From Macrostomum lignano (Eukaryota): a DNA stretch of 64,000 nt. The position numbers and the translations under genes were made by a program. Below the pieces are notes generated by a model. It did not search any database. It saw nothing but the letters and a program-made list of their open reading frames with translations, and was not told the DNA's origin. This document shows, in pieces, positions 50,389 through 63,923 of this stretch. The stretch spans positions 496,001 to 560,000 of the forward strand of contig NIVC01000393.1 of the NCBI GenBank assembly GCA_002269645.1, in the 5' to 3' direction. Every line of letters begins with the position of its first letter. The stretch's first letter is position 1.

Positions 50389-50648
50389 TTTGATTGCCGC
50401 AAATTTTATCCGCAAGTGACAGTAGGTGCAGCGATGTACATCATTTGCAAAGAAGGTATACCTACTATAGAAAGTGCAAGTAAGCTCTAATAGCTGGCAA
50501 GTTTCTATTTTGTGTATCAAACCACAAATTAAATAAAAAACCGTCTATGGCGTAATCAACTTTGGTTTCAATTGAACAAGTAAATACATACCGAATAAAA
50601 AACTCTGATTCGAGCCATTTTATCTACCTCAAGTAGACAGTTCAGGTT

Positions 50649-51015
50649 ATTTTTATTTATTATATTGCAGGGGGGTTGTGTGCACCCTGGCGCACTTTAA
50701 GCGACATAGGCACACAACCGGCGAGAGAGGCATTACTGCCCATTCCGCCGACTCCCCTGAGCAGGCAGACAAGCGCGCGGATACGTACGCAGGCACACGC
50801 TCACACAGGAGTGTACAGCGGCCCTAACTTTATATTATCGTTAGGCATGTACACTTCACTGCGCCTTGGGGGGTTGGCTCTCAAGGCCGTTAATTGCACG
50901 AGCAGAGCCAAGCTGAGATTCCAATTCAGCCCCAAATTAATGTGACTGCACTTGGAATCGAGCCTGGGTCGCTGGCACACCAGAGCAGCTGCGCTACCGC
51001 TGGGCTCCGGCCCCC
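50649..51015 (-). mobile_element. tRNA-derived SINE, copy 2
   Basis: Same element as 45972-46342; perfect 13-bp TSD GACAGTTCAGGTT at 50636-50648 and 51016-51028; A-rich tail. Confidence 0.92.
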
Positions 51016-51946
51016 GACAGTTCAGGTTCATCGGATATATTTTTTTCAAATAACTTTTCAAGTCGTAACAAAAAAATTCAGATTGTGGTTAACCAAAATA
51101 TGATCTCCAGCAATGCTGCCGTTATGCAAAACGAAAAACCCACTGCAGAAAATGTTATGCAACTTTATTCTGTGTATTTTGCTGTTCTCAGATCAAGCGC
51201 AATAACTGGAATACAAAATAGACGAACAAAATTATCTGTAGGGGCTTCCAGCTACAACAGGTTGGGAAATTCGGTGCAAGCGATCGAACTGCGCTACTTA
51301 CAGTAGTTTTGTGAGGCGTTTATTGTTTAAATTCCTAATAGAATAAATAACACAAATAACGGAAACACTGCAGCAGCAAAGAGAAAACTGAGGCTAAAGA
51401 TGAGCCGAATGATTTTACAGAGGCGTGGCAGACACAAAAAATCAATGAGAAATTCACGCGGTACACAAATTTGCCAGAAATTTGCTGTACATAAATACAC
51501 ACTTTGAAGTACTGTTCTATATTCTTACTGTTACTTCTGTACACGTACATGCTATGCTAATTATAACTCACGCTAAAGTACATGGAAAAATATAAAATTT
51601 ATGCACATGAATTCTCATTTTTAGCAGTCTTAGAAATGGAATTTCAATGTTAATATGGATAGATTTTGTCGATTGGAAATGGATTGAAATTTAACAAGCG
51701 CAAACAGATGATATTAAAGGGCAATAATATAATAAGTACTTTTGGCCGCTAATAATTTCCGCTGAAGGCTGCTCATGTTTTGCCAGTTTCAGATTCTTCT
51801 GCTTATTTCATACTTGGGAATATTTCAAAACTTGACTATATTAATATTTACGCGACATGCTAAGTGCTTTGTCTCTTGCAAAAAAGTGCATCGAGTCCTT
51901 ATTTGAATTGTAACAGATGCGGACGGACAGATAGACTGTGACCTGT

Positions 51947-54900
51947 TCAATACGGCAGGCCCTGCGATTTAACGCTGAACATGTTGGGCCACTCGGAGCA
52001 GTCGGTCTCGCAGCCGGGCTTCAATAAATAGCCAATGCCGCACAGCAGGAGGAAGAATGCCTCAATAGGGAGGCTGAGCAGCATGCCGCGGTACAGGGTG
52101 TTCAGTAGGCTGCCACGACGGCGACCGACTCCGCTAGAGGAAGCGACCCGCAATCTGCGGATAGAACGATAGACAAAACAATGTACAATATAATCTAGTA
52201 AGGTTATAAAGCTGATAGTTTGACTGTGACTTTTTTAGTTAGTTGGGCTGGGGGAGTTTTATGGGTTTAATTTGGGGTGGTGGGGCTGTTAAGTGTGCGC
52301 TAGAGGGAGTTTTATGGCTTTAACTTGGGGTGGTGGGTCTGTTAAGTGCGCGCTTGAGGGAGTTTTATGGCTTTGATTTGGGGTGGTGGGTCTGTTAAGT
52401 GTGCGCTAGAGGGAGTTTTATGGCTTTAATTTGGGGTGGTGGGTCTGGTAAGTTAAATAAATTTGCTAGAATCGAAATATTTAAGTCTAATAGACGTAAA
52501 CAGGACAATGGGTGCTCACTAACTAGTAAAGTTCAGTGCGCCACAGTAAATTCAAGCCACAAATAGAATTAGCTGGCATTTTTTCGATGGATAGACGATT
52601 AAGATTAATTAGCAAGACAAAGGTGGATGTTAATTTAAATTCGCGCGAAAATCATACTTAGCAGCGGCAGCGGCGGCGGCGGCAGCAGTGGCAGCTGCGG
52701 AGCCTGGTTCGTCGTCATAATAATAAGCATCAGCATCTTCTACACGCGGAACAGAGGCGACAGCGTCAACAGAATCAAGCCGCTACAAAAGAAGAAATGA
52801 AAGCATAAACAAAATAGAGAAATAGCTAGGAAACAAAATCAATAAAAGGCAGGATTTGGTGCGCATAGTGCAGTAGGTGACACACCAATAGCAGTGGGGA
52901 ATTTCAAATGGAGCTACAGAGCAAATTAATCGAAGAACTTACTAAGTCTACAGACTAATTATAATCGTGCGCGCTTTAAGCTCGAGTATTTATAACTCGG
53001 ATGAAGTGTCAAGGTAATAGATAAAAAAACAGATAGACAATAGGAATCTATTTTCGTAGCTACTCGAGATAAGTAGTAGCATTCTAAACGTTTCCAATTG
53101 ATTTTTTCATTGTTTCAGTAAAAATATTAGCATTTAACTACTTAGCTAGTAGGGCAGTAACGAGTTTTATTCATATTTTTCTCTAAACTGTACAGAAATG
53201 ACGCAACTCACCTCGTACGACGATTCTCTAAGCGCCAGCTCTCGCTTCACCGCCCTCAACCGGCGGAGCGCATCAGCCAGCTCAGCTTCCAGCCTGGTCA
53301 GCTGACCGGCCACCTTGGCCATTTCTGGGCTGCCTGCCGCCGGCGCTGCAACAGACTCTCCGGCCGCAGCGCCATGATCAAAACTGTTGGCTGCCAGCAC
53401 CACGGAGGCGTAGCCGGCCCACTTTCGGACCAGCTCGGCCGCTTTGGCCACCCGAGCCTCGGCAGCCGCGGCCCCGGTGGCCTTGGCCGCCAGCTGGGCC
53501 GCCGTGTCCGACAGTCGCGGCCGGTTCTCCAGCGCCAGCTGCCGCGCCTCGGCCACGCCGCGCGAGATCTCGGCGAGGCGGTCGGACAGTTGGGCGCAGC
53601 CGGCGAACGACGACTGCAGCCGGCGATGCCGACGGCGCGCCTCGGCGTAGGCCTGGCGCCACAGCGACAAACAGTCGGCGATGCGGCCGCGCTGGCGCTC
53701 GGACAGGTCCGGCCGGCGGAGGCAGAGCTGCAGCGACATCGCGGCCGATTTGTGCCGCTCAAGCCGGTCAACGAGCTCTTTGAGTCGGCGAGCGGAGGCT
53801 TCGACATTGGCGAGGTCGCCGTCTTCTGCTGTGGATGACGGCACTGTCGGCTGCTGCTGAAGCTCGCGCAGGGTGGCCGCCAGCCACTCGGACATCCGCT
53901 CGGCCTCGTGCTCCAGGCTGGCCGCCGAGCCGCTGCGGGCCGCCAGCTGAGCATCGCGTTGCGTCGCTTCGGCCAGTAGGCGTCTCCAGCGCGCTATCAC
54001 GCGACCGGCGCGCGATTCCTCGTCGACACCGTTTGTGGCGCCAGAATCGGCGCCGGCCAAGCCTTCGGCGCTGGCCACTTCTCTTAATCGCCGTTCGAGC
54101 TCGCGAATCCGATCGATTTTCGAGCGGCAGGCGGTGAATAGGCGAGTCTGGGGGAATAGTTGGAAGAAGACAATCGATAGATAAGTTAGTTGCCGAATTG
54201 CACTACTGCCATGAGTAGGCAAGTAAAGCGAATCAATGTCGAAATTTGAAAAATTACATCGAAAAAAGTCGATTATTGGTGGGAAAATTTGCAAGCTCGG
54301 GTTGTGAATAAATGATGACAGCTCAGGTAGGAAATCAGATAGAACCGTGACAGATGCTTGCAGCAGATTTACATGAAGGCGCTTGTCACAAATTTTTAAT
54401 CGCTAGCATAGTAAGATAAGTAGTATATTCAGTGAAAGAATGTGCACATCTTAAAATACAGAGGTGGATCAAAGCTGCGCTTGTGCTCATTCTGGGCACG
54501 AAGGTGCTCAAAAGGGCTTTATAACACAATGTGAATGGTGGGGTGGCGATTGGGCGAACCTGAACGGAAAAGTGCGACCGAACTGGAGACCGACTGGCAC
54601 TTCGACGATGCGGAGGAGGGCAGCGAAGAGTCTGCGTGCGGGCGGCCGAGTGAAAATTGTTATATCGAATAATATTAACAAAAGCTCTATTTTATTCGGA
54701 ACTAAGCAGTCTCAGTGAACAAAAAATTAAACTAAAATTAAAAAATAAATGCTGCGTGGATAAGTACTAAAATATGGGTATGATAAAACGAAATTCAACT
54801 ACATGAGCGGTATAAAAGTGAAAGTATATAAGTATTATAAAAGTACACGAGCACTCAAGAAGTACGCGAGTACCATAAAAGTACACGAGTACTATAAAAG

Positions 54901-57900
54901 TACACGAGTACTATAAAAGTACACGAGTACTATAAAAGTACACGAGCACTAAAGAAGTACGCAAGTACTGAAAAAGTACAAGAGTACTATAAAATTACGC
55001 GAGTACTAAGATTATATGCCAGAAATGAAAATTACTTGAAAACTTTAAAACTTTACATAAAACTAAAAAAACGCATTAGTACTCAAAAGTATACGAACAC
55101 TGTAAAAGTACATAATGAAAGTAGTATTACAGCGATTAAGGCATAAATTTACAAATTTTAGCACTTAGAGAATGCCTTTGGTGACAAGAAATGAACAGGC
55201 AGGCACTCACGTAGGTGTCCGGCCCGACCAGTTCGGCCTCCTCTGCAGCGGTCGGTGTCGCCCTCAGCCTGGCCTCGCCAAATTCCAGATCGTTGTCCAC
55301 TTCGTCCAGCAGACGCTCCAAATCGTTAACAACGCGCTCAACGCGTTCCAGCTTGGCCTCCGAGCTCGAACTCGCGATTGCGCGAGCCCGGCCGCCGCGC
55401 TGCACGCTGCCGGTAGCCGCGGCCATCAGCAGATCCTCGGTCCTGTCACTGTAGACGCTGACATTGTCCGCGGCTGACATGGCGGTCGCTGTCGATGCGG
55501 CAATGGTTGCTCGCATCGGCGCAGGCGTCGGAGTTGGCGTCGGCGCTTCCCCGTCGCCGCTGCCACGTCGGCCGCGCATTCGCCCCATGAGATCGGCGGT
55601 CTCCCTAGCCACTTTGTCCAGCTCCTTGCCGAGGGCGGCCGGATCGCCGGACTCGGTGCCGGAGAGCAGAAAGCGACTAGCCTGTGGAAGTAAACAAGAC
55701 GGAAAGTATTTTAAACGTACGAATGAACTTTTTAAAGTACACAAGAACTTTCCAAGTACGCACATACTTTACTCTTTAAGTAGGCACGTACTCTTCAAAA
55801 GTATGCATGTTGTACTCTTAAAGTACGCGTACACTCTTAAAGTACGCGTGCACTCTTAAAGTACGCGTGCACTCTTAAAGTACGCATGCACTCTCAAAGT
55901 ATGCATGTACTTACCTGTTCAACATACTCCAGCTTCTTCAGCTGTGTCTCCAGCCTGGCCCGAATCTCTCTCGACTGCTCGCCGCCCGTTGAATCGTCCA
56001 GAGCCCAGCGTAGCTGGCCGCGCAGCCGATCGACTCCTCGGCGAATATCGCCGGCACCGCGGCCGCGCCGTTGCCGCCCGGTCAACCGGCCGGCCAGCGA
56101 GTCCAGCCGGTGATCCAGCCGGTCCAGCTGGGCCCGGGACTCGCCCCGTGCGTCCGTCCGGCCCAGCCCGGCCAGCTGGCGGTGCTCGGCGGACAGCGCA
56201 GAGGCCTTGGCCGTCAGGGCGTCGAGGCGCTGTCGCAGCTCGTTCAGTTCCTCCTCCTGACTGTCGATGTCGTCGCCGCGCTCGTGCAGCGCCAGCAGGT
56301 CGGTCTCCAGGCCGGACACGGCCGACTCCAACTGGCGAAGGGTGTCGCGCATCTTCTGCCAGCAGCGCCAGGTGTCCTCGATCTCTAATCTGCGCTCCAT
56401 AGCGCGCTGACAGATTCGGCGCCAGCGCTGCTCTAGACTGCGCATCGCGCGCTGAATGGCCAGGCGCTCCTGCTCAGTGGGGCAGGCGTCCCGCTCGTAC
56501 ATCAGCAGCTCGCATAGGTTGATCACGGCCTGGATGCCCGCACTGCGCGACTCGATCTCCGACTGCAGCTTCTGCGGGGGGCCAGGGGGTCAGGTAAGCT
56601 GGTAGATTACTCAAACAACTGTAGGTAGATTACTCAAACAACTGCAGGTAGATTACTCAAACAGCTGCAGGTAGATTACTCAAACAACTGCAGGTAGATT
56701 ACTCAAACAGCTGCAGGTAGATTACTCATACAACTGCAGGTAGATTACTCAAACAACTGCAGGTAGATTACTCAAACAGCTGCAGGTAGATTACTCATAC
56801 AACTGCAGGTAGATTACTCAAACAACTGCAGGTAGATTACTCAAACAACTGCAGGTAGATTACTCATACAACTGCAGGTAGATTACTCATACAACTGCAG
56901 GTAGATTACTCAAACAGCTGCAGGTAGATTACTCAAACAGCTGCAGGTAGATTACTCAAACAACTGCAGGTAGATTACTCAAACAGCTGCAGGTAGATTA
57001 CTCAAACAGCTGCAGGTAGATTACTCAAACAGCTGCAGGTAGATTACTCAAACAACTGCAGGTAGATTACTCAAACAGCTGCAGGTAGATTACTCAAACA
57101 ACTGCAGGTAGATTACTCAAACAGCTGCAGGTAGATTACTCATACAACTGCAGGTAGATTACTCAAACAGCTGCAGGCAGATCACGGTAACCTGTAACCA
57201 TAAAGAACACCCAGATCGCCAATGCCCCCCGCAAACCTGGTGAGCCAGAGTCTTCCGCTGTATCTCGGCAAAGTCGCAGGCCTCGTACACGAGCTTGGCC
57301 TGCAGCTCCCGCTCGGTGGCCAGCAGCCAGCCCCGCAGCTTCTGCATGCTGAGCTCGAGCTGGCGCACCGAGTCCAGAGTGTCCCGCAGCCGAGCCAGCC
57401 GATCGTCGGTTGCCAACTGCAGCGACTGCCACCGATCGTCCAGCCTCTGCAGCTTGAACTGGATGTCCCGGGATCGAACCTCGGAGCTGGCCGACAGCAG
57501 GGCGCGGCCGCACTCCAGCGTCTCATTGTAAGCCGACTGCATCGCGGCGATCTCGGCTTTGTACTCCTGGGGTGGGATTGGGGATTTTCGCAGGTGAGGC
57601 AGAGAACTTTGCTTTATACTGAACTGTGCTTGAAGCCGGCAGGCCAGTTGATGGAATATTTAATTAATTATAGGAGACCCTAGCAACCGCCGTAGCCAAG
57701 TCAATATAAGGCAGCTGAGAAGTTTGCTCAGCCTAGCTAGTGCTTTCTCTTGGCCGGCTGTTAAAGTTTGCTCTCTACTCTTTTAAACGCAATAGTTGAG
57801 TTAGTGGTAAAAAACTCTATTTGTTAAGTTTATTTTCAATACATGTCGGCTTAGATATGCCTTCATAGTTTCGGAGCAGATTTTCAGGTAGATTTGGGGT

Positions 57901-60900
57901 AGATTCATAGTAGATTTGGAGCAGATTTTCAGGTAGATTTGGGGTAGATTTATAGTAGTTTCAGAGCAGATTTTCAGGTAGATTTGGGGTAGATTTATAG
58001 TAGTTTCAGAGCAGATTTTCAGGTAGATTTGGGGTAGATTCATAGTAGTTTCGGAGCAGATTTTCAGGTAGATTTGGGGTAGATTCATAGTAGATTTGGA
58101 GGAGATTTTCAGGTAGATTTGGGGTAGATTCATAGTAGTTTTGGAGCAGATTTTTAGGTAGATTTGGGGTAGATTCATAGTAGATTTGGAGGAGATTTTC
58201 AGGTAGATTTGGGGTAGATTTATAGTAGTTTCGGAGCAGATTTTCAGGTAGATTTGGGGTAGATTCATAGTTTCGGAGCAGATTTTCAGGTAGATTTGGG
58301 GTAGATTCATAGTAGTTTTGGAGCAGATTTTCAGGTAGATTTGGGGCAGATTTATAGTAGTTTCGGAGCAGATTTTCAGGTAGATTTGGGGTAGATTCAT
58401 AGTAGTTTTGGAGCAGATTTTCAGGTAGATTTGGGGTAGATTCATAGTTTTGGAGCAGATTTTCAGGTAGATTTGGGGTAGATTTATAGTAGTTTCAGAG
58501 CAGATTTTCAGGTAGATTTGGGGTAGATTCATAGTAGTTTCGGAGCAGATTTTCAGGTAGATTTGGGGTAGATTCATAGTAGATTTGGAGGAGATTTTCA
58601 GGTAGATTTGGGGTAGATTCATAGTAGATTTGGAGGAGATTTTCAGGTAGATTTGGGGTAGATTCATAGTAGTTTCGGAGCAGATTTTCAGGTAGATTTG
58701 GGGTAGATTCATAGTAGTTTTGGAGCAGATTTTCAGGTAGAATTGGGGTAGATTCATAGTTTTGGAGCAGATTTTCAGGTAGATTTGGGGTAGATTTATA
58801 GTAGTTTCGGAGCAGATTTTCAGGTAGATTTGGGGTAGATTTATAGTAGTTTCGGAGCAGACTTGGGGTGGATTAGTATTTTTGGAAGCAGAATAACCTG
58901 CGGATTTAAAGTAGATTTCTGAAGGCTGGACAGATAAACTATGAAGCTCATAGTAGATTTTTATTAGTTATCGATTGAATTGCACTCACGCTGGCGATCC
59001 TGTCAATCAAGTCTTCCACCTGATAGTCCTGACTGACGCTAACCTTCGCCTCCATGCCGGTCAGCCACTCCATTAACCGGTCGTATCTGCGGGCGCAATA
59101 TGAATTTAGCAATGGTGTAGCAGCTGTTCCTAACAAATTCCATAATAATCAAACAGCATTTCACACTAAACAAACAATAAACCACAATAAACCACAATAA
59201 ACAAACAAACCTGTCGTTAAATTCACGCCACTCATTAACGCCGTGCTGCAGTCGGTCCTCTTTGAGCAGCAATCGATGATGAAGCTCGTCCCACAGTTTC
59301 TCCAGCAGCACAGTGCGCTGATGCAGCAGGTGAATGTCTTCAGCGCTGACCAGCTCCCTCAGCTGGCGCTCTTTGTCGCGCAGACGGTCCCGAACGCCGC
59401 TAGTTGACTCGAATGTTTTCAGATAGTCCTAAAATATTTTTTACAAAATATATAATAAATTAATGTCCGATTATACTACTGAAAAATTTTTAATTTATAA
59501 AAGTAGCGTAATTAGCAATTTTCGTACGAATTTCACACAGCTTACAATTTTTATTATGGAATCACTCAGATGGGATAAAAAGCGGTAAAAAATTGAGGAA
59601 ACTTTCGCATAGGGAAAAACAGAAAAGTAACAAAAATAGAATCTCAGCTAATACTTCGATATTCATTGGCTTCCACCTTGCTGATATGCTTGAATCCACA
59701 TTAGATACGGGGCAATTATCATGGCGGATTTTGTGACAATTCTCAAGCATTGACTAGAGCTAAGGTGTGTAGCAAAAGTACAACATAAAAATAAAACAAA
59801 ATCGATAAAAACAGAGGATAGAATTTTTCCGCGACAGATTCTTTTTGCTTTCATAAGCAGCGACTTACGTAGAGTTGATCGAGGAATTCCTTCTGTAGAA
59901 ATGTCAAAAGACATTGGGTTGATAAAGTTTACTTTCGATACATATCGGCAGTTTAAATCATCATAAAAAATTCTATTTAAACTGCTTCCCAGCACTTTTA
60001 AAAGTTACATGTAAAAGTAGAAATCACAATACGTGTTCAAATCAGTATTAAAAAACTAACAAATTGAAAAAGATTCGAACCTACAACTTTCCTATCCTAC
60101 ACAGAAATCAACTTTCGATACATATCGGAGGTATTAGCTACTTTAATAATATTTCAAACTGCTTCTCGCATCAAATTTTAAAATTCAAGTTATAGGTCTG
60201 AAAAGAGATAGATACAGACATTTTTAACTGCGTGTATATTAAAGTCCCAAAAATCTCATAGAAGAATCGAACTCATGACCTTCCCGCCTCAAAAACTCAC
60301 CCGACATCGCTGAGCCTCCGCGTGCAACTCGTCGAACGCTGTCGGGGCCTCGCGCTCAGCAAACAGTCGAACCTCGCGCAGCCAGGCAAGACAGTCTCGG
60401 ACACCTTCGTCCGCTTCCGTCCACAGCTGGCAGATATTGTCCAGGCGGTTCAGCTGCTCAGTCAGTCCTCGATTAACCGCCTGCCAGCGAGCGTCCAACT
60501 CGGCTGTTCGTGCCTCCAGACCGGCTCGGACAGTCGGCTGTCCGGACATCTCGGCCAGCTGTTTAGCCATGTCGCGGCAGCGGGCATGCGACTCGGCGCG
60601 CTCGCCGGCCGAAGCCTGGCACAGCCGGAGCTGCTCGGCCAGGATTCGAACCTGCGGACGGTTGAGACAGTATTATTCGAATGTGTTGAGAAAAGAATAC
60701 TATCGATACATATCGGGATAAATAATACTAACGATACATATCGGGAAAATATTACTATCGATACATTTCGGGATAAATAATACTCGATAAATACTAGGAA
60801 AAAGATACTATCGTTACATATCGGGAGATATAGAATCGACGGTAAATATCAAGAAATATAGTTTTCGATACATATCGGAAAAAAGTAACAAACCTTCTGC

Positions 60901-63900
60901 ACGCTGGCCACACTGAAGCGGCACATATCCAATCGGTCCTCGGTGTCAGCCAGCCAATTCATGAGGCCCTCCAGCAGCGCCTGGTAGCTCTGCCACTGCG
61001 CCAGCCAAGCGTCAGTAGAGGCCTTCCGCTGCCTAGCCTGGCTGCACACGGCGTTCCACTGCTGCTCAAGCGACTCCAACTTCTCGGCTAGTTGAGCTCG
61101 AACGTCGGGATCGGCGCATCGGCGCAGGTAGGCGCCGCCGTCGGCTAGCAGAGCTTGAAGCACCTGCTGCCGGCTGACCAGCCGGTGTAGGAAGCTGTCC
61201 AGGGCCGCCTGCTGGCGCTGCAGGGCCGGCTCGCCACCGACCGGCGGCATGTCGGGCGCGCCGCTCGCTGATGGCGCCAGGTCGCGCTGGGCGGCGTCCA
61301 GGAATTGGCGCCATTCGGTCACCTTGTCCAGGAAGGTCTCCTGCGGTGTGAATGGTTCGAGAGCGGGTTTTCATTAGTAAAGGGGCAGAGGGCGGATTTT
61401 AATGGCTGATGTGAGTGGTTAGAAGGGCGGATTTAGGCGGTAGAGAGCGAATTTGAATAGTATAGGAGCGGATAGGAGTGGTAGAGAACGGTTAGAAAAG
61501 CCAGAGGGAGGATTTAGAGTGAGCGGATATTTTAGTAGGGAGCGGATAAGAGAAGTAGGGGGCGGATGAGTAGTAGAGAGCGGATATGAATACCTGAGGG
61601 TAGTCATATGAGTAGTAGAGAGTGGATATAAGCGGTAGAAGGCGTATATAGGCGGTAGAGGGCGGATATGAGCGGTAGAGGGCGGATATAAGCGGTAGAG
61701 GGCGGATATAGGCGGTAGAGGGCAGATATATGCGGTAGAAGGCGGATATAGGCGGTAGAGGGCGGATGTAGGCGGTAGAGGGCGGATATAAGCGGTAGAG
61801 GGCGGATATAAGCGGTAGAGGGCGGATATAGGCGGTAGAGGGCGGATTTAATCCATAGACAGCGCACACAAAATAATAGAAGGCAACTTTCTCAAACCCA
61901 CCTGCACAAGCACAGACGCCTGCAGGGCCCGGCTCCGGTCCAGGCACTGGGCCATGAGGCGCTGCCACTGCTGGCTGAGCTGCCTCACCCTGGCCACGTC
62001 GGACTCGCCCAGCCAGCTGGCTTGGCCCAGCTCCCCCAGCCTGTCAATCTGGTACTGCCGCTGAGCGAACAGGTCGGTCAGGCCCAGCAGCTCGCACAGT
62101 CGTTTCCGGGTGTCCTCGATTGAGTCGCCCGAGCCGGGCTCCGGGTCCGGCTGGGCCAGGCAGGACTCGGCGCTGTCCAGGAAGGCCTGCGCCGAGTTGA
62201 ACATGTCGAAGAATCGCTTCCGCTGGGCGCTGCTGCGGTCCACCTGGGACGGCGGTTGGGGTTGGGCGATTGGGCTTTGAAGTTTTGAAATATCCCTTGC
62301 ACTCTTCTCACCCTGTTTGCCCTCTCCTTCGCCCTCTCTGCCTTCTCCTTTACCCTCTATGCCTTCTCCTTTACCCTCTTTAACCTCTCCTTCCATTCCA
62401 TGCCCTCTCCTTCACCCTCCATACCCTCTCCTTCCCCCTCCATGCCCTCTCCTTCACCCTCTCTGCCCTCTCCTTCCTCCTCCATACCCTCTCCTTCCTC
62501 CTCCATACCCTCTCCTTCCCCCTCCATGCCCTCTCCTTCACCCTCTCTGCCCTCTCCTTCCTCCTCCATACCCTCTCCTCCCCCTCCATACCCTCACCTT
62601 CACCCTCTCTGCCCTCTCCTTCGTCCTCCATACCCTCTCCTCCCCCCTCCATACCCTCTCCTCCCCCCTCCATGCCCTCTCCCCCCTCCATGCCCTCTCA
62701 TCCCCCTTACATGCCCTCTCCTTCCCCCTCCATGCCCTTTCCTCCCCCTCCATGCCCTCTCCCTTCCGCAGCGCTCACCTCCATCTGGAACTTCTTCAGC
62801 ACGGATCGCAGGGCCGACCGTCTCTGGTCGATGGCGGTCTCCGCAGCGGCCATCGCCGACAAGTTGGACGATTCCATTCGGCCTGACAGACCGCTGCCGC
62901 GGGCTTCGGCCAGCCGGCGCAGTCGAGCGGTCAGCGGAGCGTCTAGCTCGGAGTCCAGCACACGGCAACGGCTTAGCAACGCGGCCGGATCGAGCGGTTG
63001 AGTCGCCAAGCCTCCGCCGTCGCCTCGCATCAGGCGGTCGGCTGAGCGCTCCTGCAACAGGCAGGTGTGGAGTTGCTGATACTTAAAGTACTTTTGGGGG
63101 AATTAAAAGTACTTAAAAGGTCATTATTAAAGACTGATAAGGCTCGAAAGGCACTTCAAGGTAGATTGACGAGTCTTATGTTTTAAAGTTCTTTGAAAAT
63201 GATCTTAAAAGTACTCTCTATTCAAGGTGATTCTTAAAAAAGTACTTTAGTGAGACGATTTATCGATATTGAAATTCCGATGGCTCAAAAAAAGATTATA
63301 CGCTTGTAGAAGTCATTTTAAGGGCGATTCTAAGAAAATGTACACATAAATTACAAGAACATGTACTCAACCATCGATTATTAAAGTTGAGTAAAAACAT
63401 TTGCAGGTGTTTGCCTTCGGCGAAAGCGTCCCACAAGGAAAGGATCCAAAAGTGGCCCAAACCAGATTTCATCCCAGATTTCAGATTTGCAAACGGAGGT
63501 TTCTCTCACCTGTTCGGCCAGAAACTTTTCGCATTCGTCCAGGGCGTCGTTGTACGCCTTCCACTGTCCGGCTGTCCGGGACAGCTCGACCGCTCTTTCG
63601 GACGCTTCGCTGGCAGCCTGGCGCCACCTGGCGGCGAAATCCTTGCGAGAAGCTTCCAGACTCCGAGCCACGGCGGGCTCGCACAGGCGACTCAGAATGT
63701 CCGACGACCTGGCCAGCTCGCCCAGCTCGTCTCCGCCTGTCCGAAGATGCTCGGCCAGTTCGGACAGCCGTTCAACCGAGGCTACAAACTCGGGCAGCTC
63801 GCCGCCAGCCAGGCGATTTCTGTCTAGCAGGTAGGTGACCTCGGCCAGCAGCTGGGTGGCCGCCTGCTGCGCCCGGCTGTGCGACTCCCACTGGGCCAGG

Positions 63901-63923
63901 GCGTTGGCCAGGCGGGACTTCAC
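51947..63923 (-). CDS. Nesprin-like (SYNE/Msp300/ANC-1 class) spectrin-repeat protein with C-terminal TM + KASH-like tail; 5'-partial (continues past the window end)
   Basis: Phase-consistent exons 63923-63510, 63051-62779, 62243-61902, 61340-60894, 60651-60301, 59428-59211, 59086-58990, 57566-57237, 56571-55915, 55681-55211, 54147-53212, 52782-52658, 52154-51947. Repeated spectrin-type helices (e.g. [28 protein letters not shown]). Ends [43 protein letters not shown]-stop. Confidence 0.9.
52245..52450. repeat. ~56-bp minisatellite, 3-4 copies
   Basis: GAGGGAGTTTTATGGCTTTAATTTGGGGTGGTGGGTCTGTTAAGTGTGCGCTA-type units. Confidence 0.88.
54825..55110. repeat. 19-bp AGTAC-rich minisatellite
   Basis: Unit AGTACTATAAAAGTACACG. 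Confidence 0.88.
55720..55910. repeat. 19-bp AGTAC-rich minisatellite
   Basis: Unit AAGTACGCGTGCACTCTTA. Confidence 0.85.
56598..57176. repeat. 23-bp minisatellite filling a nesprin intron
   Basis: Unit GGTAGATTACTCAAACAGCTGCA, about 25 copies. Confidence 0.97.
57858..58870. repeat. 45-bp minisatellite
   Basis: Unit GAGCAGATTTTCAGGTAGATTTGGGGTAGATTCATAGTAGTTTCG, about 22 copies. Confidence 0.97.
61560..61850. repeat. 20-bp minisatellite
   Basis: Unit GCGGATATAGGCGGTAGAGG. Confidence 0.92.
62320..62768. repeat. CT-rich ~21-bp degenerate minisatellite
   Basis: CCCTCTCCTTCCCCCTCCATG-type units. Confidence 0.9.

Noticed and set aside
53298-57683. Many overlapping GC-rich ORFs in other frames and strands over the nesprin exons
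   Set aside because: Shadow ORFs from GC-biased codon usage of the real minus-strand exons.
57801-58757. 318-aa [15 protein letters not shown] repeat ORF
   Set aside because: 45-bp intronic minisatellite; no splice links to the nesprin frame.
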